From an uncultured bacterium (lineage in GTDB: Bacteria; Schekmanbacteria; GWA2-38-11; J061): a DNA stretch of 12,404 nucleotides. The notes beneath the pieces are model-generated. The model was not told the DNA's origin and did not search any database. It was given only the letters and a program-made list of their open reading frames with translations. The translations under genes were made by a program, and so were the position numbers. The stretch is taken from NCBI GenBank assembly GCA_964549305.1, contig CAZJVM010000074.1, positions 1 to 12,404 of the forward strand. The letters are read 5' to 3'. Shown in pieces: positions 1 to 7,692 of this stretch (position 1 is its first letter; every line of letters begins with the position of its first letter).

Positions 1-62
1 CCCCCCCTGATCACTTCAAGGATATCTTTAACTCTCACCTGATTTCTTGGACCTTTTTCCAT
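1..62 (-). CDS. Probable 5' end of the next cluster gene (MEKGPRNQVRVKDILEVIRG...), truncated by the window edge; product unknown
   Basis: ATG at 62-60 lies 17 nt after the epimerase stop, and the frame stays open to position 1. Same strand and packing as the rest of the cluster. No clear Shine-Dalgarno; an in-frame GTG is an alternative start. Too short to assign a family. Confidence 0.4.
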   Translation of the reverse strand, partial: MEKGPRNQVRVKDILEVIRG

Positions 63-79
63 AAATAAATTATATTTGT

Positions 80-1069
80 TTAGAAATTATTATTTTTTTT
101 TCTATTTTTATACCAATCTACAGTTCTTGCAAGACCTTCTTCAATAGAAAATAATTGTTTAAAACCTTTTTCCCTTATTTTTTGCGCATCGTGGTGGGTT
201 GTTTTGTTCATCTTTTCAATTGCTGCAGTAAAGGGAAGATCTATTTTTAAAAAATTCGTTATATAATCTACGGGCTTCAACCCCGCTAATACAGCGCCCT
301 TGGGAAGTTTCAACCCGGGAAAGGACCTGTCCAAATATTTGTAAATCAGCCTTACGGTTTCCAAAAAGGACAAGTGAGGTTCATCCGCGTAGGTATAAAT
401 TTCCACACCTTCCTCTTTTCTGTTCATAAGAAACAAAGTGGCTTCAATGATATTTTCTATGTATGCAGTTGATTTAATATTATTGCCGTCTCCCACAGGG
501 ATGAAAAGATGCCTGTCTATCTGCCTTATTAGACGGTACATATTACCTCTGTTTTCCGGACCGAATATTACCGTAGGCCTTATTATGAGCGCAGACCTTC
601 CTTTGCGAGCTTGATGCCATTCTTTTATTTTTGTCTCCGCTTCAAGCTTTGTTATTCCATAGACAAACGCAGGAGATGTATTGGCTTCCTCAGTTGTAGG
701 CGAATCGTGCTCTCCGTAAACTGCAACTGAGCTGTAAAAAAGAATGCTTTCCACATTATGCTCATCCATTGCTTCGAGAATTTTCCCCGTCCCCTGCACA
801 TTCACGCGATAGAATTCCTCTTCCGTAATTCCAAAAAAACGATGTCTTGCGGCAAGATGAATTACAAGGTCAACACCTTTTACGGCATAGGATATTTTTT
901 CGTAATCGCAGATATCTCCCTGAATATACTCCTCTATCTCATCTTTATTAAGAGATGTATCTTCAAAGGGTTTTTCATCGATAACCTTTATATTCCAACC
1001 CTTTTCCCTAAGCGCCCGGCAAAGATATCCGCCTACAAATCCTCCTCCGCCTGTTACCAATACTATCAT
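80..1069 (-). CDS. NAD-dependent epimerase/dehydratase (extended SDR), Gnu-like HexNAc 4-epimerase
   Basis: Rossmann motif TGGGGFVG, catalytic Ser block YSSVAVYG, and YxxxK (YGITK). Segments LAARH, YRVNVQGT, RSALIIRPTVIFGPENRGN, VGDGNNIKSTAYIENI and TTHHDAQKI closely resemble my recollection of E. coli O157 Gnu. GAGG lies upstream of the ATG. Confidence 0.9.
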   Translation of the reverse strand: MIVLVTGGGGFVGGYLCRALREKGWNIKVIDEKPFEDTSLNKDEIEEYIQGDICDYEKISYAVKGVDLVIHLAARHRFFGITEEEFYRVNVQGTGKILEAMDEHNVESILFYSSVAVYGEHDSPTTEEANTSPAFVYGITKLEAETKIKEWHQARKGRSALIIRPTVIFGPENRGNMYRLIRQIDRHLFIPVGDGNNIKSTAYIENIIEATLFLMNRKEEGVEIYTYADEPHLSFLETVRLIYKYLDRSFPGLKLPKGAVLAGLKPVDYITNFLKIDLPFTAAIEKMNKTTHHDAQKIREKGFKQLFSIEEGLARTVDWYKNRKKNNNF

Positions 1070-1108
1070 TCCGATTTTATCCTCTTATTGCCCGTCTTAA
1101 AGATTTAC

Positions 1109-2242
1109 TTATCTTGTTGTCTCTGCCACATCCCAAACAGACTGCCTTTTCCCGGCAAAATATTTTAACACACCTGTCATTGCCGCAAGATTAACAAGTG
1201 TGAAATAAAAAGGAACCGAAAAAATCTTTCCCACTTTTTTTCTCATTAAACAACCGCCTGCCGCTAAAAAATAAAAACCGCATTGCAGAAAGAAAAAAAG
1301 ATTATAAAAAAATGACTCAAGAAATATATTCGTTGCAAATATCCCCACAAGCAAAAAGGGGATAAACCATCTTATAAGTTTATGGGACACGAAACAAAAC
1401 CCCCACATTCCTTTAAGCATTCCGTATTTTCTCCAATAACGCATAAACGCCGTCATACCGCGCGTAACTATTCGCGCCCTTCTGCTGAATTCCTCTTTGG
1501 CGGAAACAGTGGCTTTTTCCACGGCAAGCGCCCTTTCCTCAAAAACTATTTTATACCCCTTTGACGAAACCTGTATGGGATGGGCAAGGTCATTTGCCAC
1601 ATCGGAGTCAAGTTTTGTAAAAAGCTCCCTTCTAATGGCATATATGGACCCTGTCGCCGCGACAAGTGTGCCGAAGGCACTTTCCATTTTTTTAATCATC
1701 GATTCATAGCGAAAATACAACCCTTCACCTTTTCCCACCGAAGATTTTTCATCGACATATTTCAAACGCCCCACAACGAGTCCAATTCGCCTATCGGTAA
1801 ATTTTTCTGCCAAAAGTTTTACGGCATCTTTTTCAAAGAAGCAGTTCGCGTCGGTAAAAACAATAATCTCTCCCGTGCAATCACCTATAAATTCATTAAT
1901 TATCGAGTTTTTACCGCCTCTCTTGATTGATTTAAATAATTTAATTCCCTTGTCCGAAAATTTACTGACCTCATCTGCAGTGCCGTCCGTGGATGCATCG
2001 GAGGCAACGACAATTTCAAGCTTATCTTCGGGATAATCCAGTGAAAGACTGTTTAAAATCTTACTTCCTATAACCCTTTCTTCATTGTATGCGGGAATGA
2101 AGAGTGTAACAAAAGGAAATTCTTCAGATTCATGATGTTTTATATCTTTCGGACGCAAAAGATACAATATCAGAGGATAACCGGCATATACATAGAATGT
2201 CGCCCATATAAGAATCCAAAAAATTGTTTCAATATAAATCAT
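1109..2242 (-). CDS. Family 2 glycosyltransferase, membrane-bound (CESA-like subgroup)
   Basis: N-terminal TM helix ending in YAGYP, then FIPAYNEE, VASDASTDGT, GK, FTDAN (DxD-equivalent), ATGSIYAIRR, EEFSRRARI (QxxRW-equivalent position), SHKLIRW, and 2-3 C-terminal hydrophobic helices. Confidence 0.93.
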   Translation of the reverse strand: MIYIETIFWILIWATFYVYAGYPLILYLLRPKDIKHHESEEFPFVTLFIPAYNEERVIGSKILNSLSLDYPEDKLEIVVASDASTDGTADEVSKFSDKGIKLFKSIKRGGKNSIINEFIGDCTGEIIVFTDANCFFEKDAVKLLAEKFTDRRIGLVVGRLKYVDEKSSVGKGEGLYFRYESMIKKMESAFGTLVAATGSIYAIRRELFTKLDSDVANDLAHPIQVSSKGYKIVFEERALAVEKATVSAKEEFSRRARIVTRGMTAFMRYWRKYGMLKGMWGFCFVSHKLIRWFIPFLLVGIFATNIFLESFFYNLFFFLQCGFYFLAAGGCLMRKKVGKIFSVPFYFTLVNLAAMTGVLKYFAGKRQSVWDVAETTR

Positions 2243-2390
2243 TTTTCTTAATGTATTTATAAAGGAGTTTAAAATATAGTTTATTTCTGAAAATCGTAAA
2301 AGTACGATATGACACTCTTAACAGAATGGTTCCCTTCAAGATAATTTTTCCGGCAATTTTGTTTTATGCATCTGTAAAAAAATATGTATT

Positions 2391-3476
2391 TTAATTTATA
2401 TTGCGCTGCTGTGCTATTTTTTTTGAATCAAACAGATACTTCTTAATAGCTTTAACTGTAACGGAACATCCCTCAGGAGTCGGATGGTCTGCTATAGGCA
2501 TATAGAAAAGTTTTTTTCCTTTTTTTACAGACTCCCTGAATGCAGGAGTAAGGTCAAGGGTTTCGACACCGATTTCACTGCAGCGTTTAATAAAATATTC
2601 CTGTGGATGCACCGTAGCATTTTCGTAAATTTGCGCATAAACAGGAAATATTACTAACAGCAACTCTGTACCTTTTTCATCGAGGTCTTTCTTGAATTGT
2701 ATCAGAGTATCAAAATATTTATTCCATAATTCCATAGTATTACTGTCATAATACTTATTCACTATAAGATATACATCAGGAGAATCATTCCCCCCTGTCG
2801 CCCTCATATAAGCCAGTAAAATCTTCTTCGCGTTATAAATAGAGGTATCATTTAGGCGATCCCTGACAAATGAAATATATTTTTTCCGGGACCAGAATTC
2901 TGCATTCTTCTGCTGACTTCTCCAGGGAGAAATAGACCTTAAATAATCCGGCACATCATTCATCACAAATGCAATGATTACTAGATTGGGATTAAGCTTA
3001 TAAAGCTTATTTCTATAAAAATCATACTCATCGGATAAAGTATAACCGCTCACCCCGGCGTTTATCACTTCAAACTGAAGACCGCTTTGATTATCATTAT
3101 TAAGGATTGACTCAAGCTGTTCAGGGTATGTTTCCCCCTGATTTATTAAAATCCCGAATGTATAAGAATCTCCGAGACATAATATCCTGAAACTATCCTT
3201 CTTTTTTTTAATTTCAAAATCCTTTCCCCTCAATCCTTTTGAATTTATTATTATTCTGTAGGGAAGTTCTTCCTTATGCAGATCCACTCTTACAAAGTCC
3301 TGCCCCGGCTTGAATATTCCCGGTATTTGCAATGACGTTTCAAGGTCGGCATTCTTCAATCTATGATTAGGGACCTTCACCACAAACCTGAGGAAAAGTT
3401 CAAGAAAAAAAGAGAAAGCAACAAGACCAATTAAAAAAAATATTATGTTTTTCAGGAAAGAAGATTTTGTGTCCAT
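2391..3476 (-). CDS. SGNH/GDSL hydrolase family protein with N-terminal membrane anchor (putative polysaccharide O-acetyltransferase or esterase)
   Basis: Hydrophobic N-terminus IIFFLIGLVAFSFFLELFLRF, NSKGLRG, block I LCLGDSYTFG, block II INAGVSGY, block III VMND, block V DHPT. Confidence 0.88.
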   Translation of the reverse strand: MDTKSSFLKNIIFFLIGLVAFSFFLELFLRFVVKVPNHRLKNADLETSLQIPGIFKPGQDFVRVDLHKEELPYRIIINSKGLRGKDFEIKKKKDSFRILCLGDSYTFGILINQGETYPEQLESILNNDNQSGLQFEVINAGVSGYTLSDEYDFYRNKLYKLNPNLVIIAFVMNDVPDYLRSISPWRSQQKNAEFWSRKKYISFVRDRLNDTSIYNAKKILLAYMRATGGNDSPDVYLIVNKYYDSNTMELWNKYFDTLIQFKKDLDEKGTELLLVIFPVYAQIYENATVHPQEYFIKRCSEIGVETLDLTPAFRESVKKGKKLFYMPIADHPTPEGCSVTVKAIKKYLFDSKKIAQQRNIN

Positions 3477-3486
3477 TTATTTTACT

Positions 3487-4674
3487 CTATCCGATACGGG
3501 GAAGATAATTCCAGATTTTTTTGTCAAGCTTACAGCATTTCGTACATCTTGGAAATATGCCGTTCTTTTTAAGGGATCTTCTGAAGTTTATGAATTTCTT
3601 TCCGTTCCATATTTCCTCAAAATCCATATCTTTTATATTCCCCATAGTAATATTCATAGAGCAGGGATATAAATCCCCGTATGGGTTTACGCGCACCGCG
3701 TACCACGGGTAAAAGCATTTGTAAGCGAACGCGAAACTGTCGTCGCTGAATCTTTTCGCGATATCATCCCCCTGAAGGGGAGGCGAAAACCTTACGGGAA
3801 TTTTTTTCGACTCCGCTATCTTGTATATTTTATCTATTTCTTCCGTAAGCGCATTTACATCGACGTTTTTCAATTCATCGGAGATATCCTGTGATTCCTC
3901 CTTGGAGTCTCCCATTTCGTATATCTCCCCGGTGCGCCTGTCCATCTCCTCGGTAGAATAAAAAAGATAACCGAAATTGACTTCCGCGCGGTATTTCTCA
4001 GCAATATCCAAAAGACTGCTGAGATGCGCCGCATTGATTGAAGATATTGTACAGCAAAAGGTTATAATGGGCTTTTTTTTACCCTGTTTTTCCTTTTCTC
4101 TGTTGACCCTTTCAAGGGCGGTAAGAAGAAGGTTAAAGGCATTCTTCTGATTCCTGATGCTGTCGTGAATTTCCTCTCCTGCCTCTATGGAAACCTGAAG
4201 ATTGTTGATGCCGAGTTCGACAATTTTTTTCGCCTTTTCATCATCTATAAGCGTACCGTTACTGAGTATTCCCAAAGAAAAACTCTTTCTGCTGCAATAC
4301 TCGAGCACTTCGATTATATCCTTTCTGATAAATGGCTCGCCTCCCGTAATGGTAAATTCTTTTATACCTGCCCTTTCCGCTTCGTCTGCAAGGTGGAATA
4401 TCTCTTCTTTGCTCAATTCCTGCTGACATTTCATTGTGGAAAATATTTTTGAGTTTTCCGACTCCTTGTCGTGCTGCTGAGGACACATGGCACATCTCTG
4501 GTTGCATTTAAAAGTTATTTCGTAGTGAAGTGAAACGGGATGCCATGCCTTGCCGTCTGAAAAAGTGTAGGGAAGCCAGTATCTGGGCACAAGCTTAAAG
4601 CGGTATATCGAGCGCGCAAGGGGCAAAAGCTTCTGCGGAATGCTTCTCTTTATGAATCTCTTTAATTCTCCCAG
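3487..4674 (-). CDS. Radical SAM protein with C-terminal Twitch/SPASM-type auxiliary Fe-S domain
   Basis: CxxxCxxC (CNQRCAMC, 4506-4483), TGGEP, SNGTL, and a C-terminal Cx17C-x38-CxxCC containing GNI and EIWNG. The ORF track starts at TTG 4626, but the frame is open to a CTG at 4674 preceded by AAGGAG at 7 nt spacing, so I place the start there. The start position is less certain than the family call. Confidence 0.9.
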   Translation of the reverse strand: MGELKRFIKRSIPQKLLPLARSIYRFKLVPRYWLPYTFSDGKAWHPVSLHYEITFKCNQRCAMCPQQHDKESENSKIFSTMKCQQELSKEEIFHLADEAERAGIKEFTITGGEPFIRKDIIEVLEYCSRKSFSLGILSNGTLIDDEKAKKIVELGINNLQVSIEAGEEIHDSIRNQKNAFNLLLTALERVNREKEKQGKKKPIITFCCTISSINAAHLSSLLDIAEKYRAEVNFGYLFYSTEEMDRRTGEIYEMGDSKEESQDISDELKNVDVNALTEEIDKIYKIAESKKIPVRFSPPLQGDDIAKRFSDDSFAFAYKCFYPWYAVRVNPYGDLYPCSMNITMGNIKDMDFEEIWNGKKFINFRRSLKKNGIFPRCTKCCKLDKKIWNYLPRIG

Positions 4675-4676
4675 GG

Positions 4677-5825
4677 TTATTCTCCTTCAATTATTCGGGA
4701 ATAGATGTCTTCCGTGTCAAATACCATATTTTCCGCCGTAAATTTTTCCAAAAACCTTTTTCGGGATTTTTTCGCGGTTTCTTTCAATATTTCCTTATTA
4801 GACAGCAAGTTGCAAATCTTTTCTGCAAGTGCGGCAGGATTGCCCGCAGGCACCAGAAAACCGCTTACTCCGTCATTGACTGCCTCGCTGTTTCCGCCTA
4901 CATCCGTTACCACATTGGCGCATCCCGATGCCATTGCCTCGAGAAGCGATATGGGAAATCCTTCCCAGTCGGAGGAAAGAACGAAAATATCAATCAATTT
5001 CAGAATTTCCGGTATATCCCTTCTAAGTCCGCAGAAAATGATTTTATCCGCAATGCCCAGCTCTTTGGAAAGCTCCGAAAGCTCGTTGCGTAAAGCGCCT
5101 TCCCCCACGATTATTCCGACCGCCTTTTTCTCATTCTTAAAAACCCCGGCCATCGCCCTTATAAAAACATCCTGTCTTTTTTGTTTTGTAAGGCTTCCGA
5201 CTGTGCCCACTATCAGGCAGTCATCGTCAATCCCCATTTCTTTAAGCATTCTTCCTCTGTCGATTATTACATCGCCGAATCTCTTCGCGTCGATTCCGTT
5301 ATGCACGGTGATATATTTCGACTTCCCGGCAAAAGCGCGATCAAGATGCGCATTCCTGACAGCGTCTGAAACGGCAATTATTGCGTCATTTTTGAAAAAA
5401 AGAAACCGGTTAATCAGGGAATGTATCTGCGCCTTGAATCCCGGATAAAAAACATTATGTTCGGTCCTTACAAAGCATTTTACGGAAGAAAACAAAACAG
5501 CGGGGATTGTCCACGTATTTGCCACCTGTCCGTGGGAATGGACTACACTAATATTTTCGTCACGAATAATCTGCCGCAATTTTTTTATTATTCCCACTGC
5601 CGAAGACTGTCCCTGCGATGCCACATAAACATTCACTCCCAGCTTTTCTATTTCGCCGGCGAATACTCCCCCTTTTTTGATGGCGCAAACCACGGGAATG
5701 TATTTTTCCTTCCTGTGGTAAAGGGCATAGTGATAGACAACCCTTTCAGCGCCTCCCGCTTCAAGGGAATATATCGTGTGGAGTACTTTAACGGGTCTTT
5801 TCAATGAATCAGAAGAAAGTGTCAT
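4677..5825 (-). CDS. Family 4 (GT-B, retaining) glycosyltransferase
   Basis: GGAERVV, VVHSH, TEHN, IAVSDAV, VHNGID, KR-type QKRQD, and the EX7E motif SDWEGFPISLLEAMASG followed by TDVGGNSE. The start is either ATG 5825 (17-nt overlap with the asnB-like gene) or the in-frame TTG at 5804, just after its stop. Confidence 0.95.
   Translation of the reverse strand: MTLSSDSLKRPVKVLHTIYSLEAGGAERVVYHYALYHRKEKYIPVVCAIKKGGVFAGEIEKLGVNVYVASQGQSSAVGIIKKLRQIIRDENISVVHSHGQVANTWTIPAVLFSSVKCFVRTEHNVFYPGFKAQIHSLINRFLFFKNDAIIAVSDAVRNAHLDRAFAGKSKYITVHNGIDAKRFGDVIIDRGRMLKEMGIDDDCLIVGTVGSLTKQKRQDVFIRAMAGVFKNEKKAVGIIVGEGALRNELSELSKELGIADKIIFCGLRRDIPEILKLIDIFVLSSDWEGFPISLLEAMASGCANVVTDVGGNSEAVNDGVSGFLVPAGNPAALAEKICNLLSNKEILKETAKKSRKRFLEKFTAENMVFDTEDIYSRIIEGE
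4682..4687 (-). promoter_or_regulatory. Shine-Dalgarno AAGGAG inside the last codons of the GT4 gene, serving the radical SAM gene
   Basis: The minus strand reads ...TTG-AAGGAG-AATAACC-CTG GGA GAA TTA AAG..., giving a 7-nt spacer to an in-frame CTG. Confidence 0.6.
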
Positions 5826-7650
5826 ACCAAATAGAAAAATTAATTAACTGCCATAATATGCTTCCGTGCTTCTTTCCGTCATTCTGCTCGCTAATGAGCT
5901 TTTCAACTGAGGACGCTCTGTAAAAATCGAGATTTTTCACTTTTTGTGACAAAACAACATCCATATAACGCCCCAACCCCTTTCTGTCACCGAGCCAAGC
6001 ATCCACAGGATTGCCGAATCCTGATTTTTTCCTGTCCACTATGGAGTCAGGGAGAAAGTTTCGCGCTATATCTTTAAGAATGCTCTTGGTCTTTAATCCC
6101 CTGAGCTTGTAATTTACAGAAACTTTATTCACCTTTTGAACAAATGTATGGTCAAGGAAAGGGACTCTCAATTCAATTCCTGCCGCCATGCTCATCTTGT
6201 CCGCGCGGTTTAAAATGGAAACAAGATATGTCTGCTGTTCAAGAATGAGAAGCGACCTGATGAAATCATCGGTACTGTATCCCTTTAGTTCGAACCTTGC
6301 AAAGCGTTCGGACAAATCCAGCGTTTCTCTTTCATTGCAAATGGAATTCACGATTTCATCCCTGACCCATTTACTGTTGTTTACTGCCATCGCTTCCGTA
6401 CCAAGCGCCATAGAGTCACAGAGTTTTCTGATTTTCCTCCTGTTTATTCCGGCAAGCGCGGAATAGGCCGCCTTATTTATGAATTCCGGAAATTTCCTGA
6501 AGTCCGATATGGCCTTGGGGATGAGATAACGGGGATATCCGCCGAATATCTCGTCTGCGCCTTCGCCCGTAAGGATTACGGTAACATAGTTTTTCGCAAA
6601 ACGGCTGAGAAGATATATCTGCACTGAATTTGCATGATTCAAGGGCTCGTCGAGATACCAGATTACCTTTGGCAGGACATCGGAAAATTCTCTGTTGTCC
6701 ACGACGACTTCGTTATGTATTGTCGAATACATCTTTGCCACTTCGCGGGCATAATCGCTTTCGTCATAATCCTTTTCCTGAAATCCTATGGAATAGCTTG
6801 AGAGGCGAAAATCTGTCATTCCCGAAGTCATTGCCGTAACAAGGCTCGAATCTATTCCACCGCTGCAGAAACATCCCAGAGGGACGTCGCTCACGAGTCT
6901 CTTGTTAATAGATTCCTTGAGGGAAAAAAGGATATCCCTTTCGCAATATTCTTCGCCGGCATCATCGCTCCCTCTTTCCTGCCCGAGACTCCAGTAGCGC
7001 TTCACTTTCATTTCATTGGCGCTTACCTTTATAAAATGTCCGGGCTGAAGGGATTTGACGCCTTCAAAAAAAGTTTCCTCACCTGCTATATAACGAAAGA
7101 ACAGGTATTCTTTTACGCGTTTTCTGTTAAGAATCGCTGCCGTTTCACTGCAGGAAACAACCGATTTGATTTCCGATGCGAAGATAAAATTTTTGTCGTC
7201 GCAGTAGTAGTAAAGAGGTTTTATCCCGAGACGGTCTCTTGCAAGGAAAAGAGTTTTTTCAAGCTTATCCCAAATGGCAAAAGCGAACATTCCGTTGAAG
7301 CGGGAGAGGCAGTTTTCGCCCTCGTCTTCAAAAAGATGGAGAATTACCTCCGTATCGCATTTTGTCCTGAAGCGATGATTCCGCTTCTCGAGGTCGATTC
7401 TCAAATCCTTGAAGTTATATATCTCTCCGTTAAAGACAATCCAATACCTGCCGTCCTCGTTGCACATAGGCTGATGTCCGCCTTCGATGTCGATTACGCT
7501 CAACCTTCGATGCCCGAGTCCTATTTCTCCTTCCACATATTCGCCCTTGCCGTCGGGACCACGGTGCGATAGAAGGTCCCTCATTCTACGGACGGATTGC
7601 CTTTCCGCAGGACTTCCGTAACGCTTATATATTCCGCAAATTCCGCACAT
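5809..7650 (-). CDS. asnB: Asparagine synthase (glutamine-hydrolysing) family amidotransferase, polysaccharide-cluster type
   Basis: N-terminal nucleophile MCGICG, HRGPD, GHRRLSVID, FNGEIYNF, DTEV, ARDRLGIKPLYY, PP-loop SGGIDSS, TGEGADEIFGGY, DKMSMA..IELRVPFLDH, and RKKSGF. GAGG lies upstream. In this context it more likely amidates a sugar carboxylate than makes Asn (inference). Confidence 0.95.
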   Translation of the reverse strand: MCGICGIYKRYGSPAERQSVRRMRDLLSHRGPDGKGEYVEGEIGLGHRRLSVIDIEGGHQPMCNEDGRYWIVFNGEIYNFKDLRIDLEKRNHRFRTKCDTEVILHLFEDEGENCLSRFNGMFAFAIWDKLEKTLFLARDRLGIKPLYYYCDDKNFIFASEIKSVVSCSETAAILNRKRVKEYLFFRYIAGEETFFEGVKSLQPGHFIKVSANEMKVKRYWSLGQERGSDDAGEEYCERDILFSLKESINKRLVSDVPLGCFCSGGIDSSLVTAMTSGMTDFRLSSYSIGFQEKDYDESDYAREVAKMYSTIHNEVVVDNREFSDVLPKVIWYLDEPLNHANSVQIYLLSRFAKNYVTVILTGEGADEIFGGYPRYLIPKAISDFRKFPEFINKAAYSALAGINRRKIRKLCDSMALGTEAMAVNNSKWVRDEIVNSICNERETLDLSERFARFELKGYSTDDFIRSLLILEQQTYLVSILNRADKMSMAAGIELRVPFLDHTFVQKVNKVSVNYKLRGLKTKSILKDIARNFLPDSIVDRKKSGFGNPVDAWLGDRKGLGRYMDVVLSQKVKNLDFYRASSVEKLISEQNDGKKHGSILWQLINFSIWYDTFF

Positions 7651-7692
7651 ATATTTTCGCCTCTCGTAAAAACAGTGAAAATCATATCATTT

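Noticed and set aside
1109-2242. GT2 as a processive PNAG/cellulose synthase (IcaA/PgaC/BcsA)
   Set aside because: It lacks a true QxxRW motif (it has RRARI), is short, and has no accompanying synthase-complex genes in the window.
4705-5448. 247-aa plus-strand ORF
   Set aside because: It lies entirely antisense to a clear GT4, is Ser/Ile/Phe-rich with no recognisable motifs, and is a typical shadow ORF.
3487-7650. RiPP cluster reading (AsnB as lasso cyclase, radical SAM/SPASM as peptide maturase)
   Set aside because: The AsnB has an intact N-terminal Cys glutaminase domain, there is no precursor peptide, RRE/PqqD protein or leader peptidase in view, and the neighbours are glycosyltransferases.
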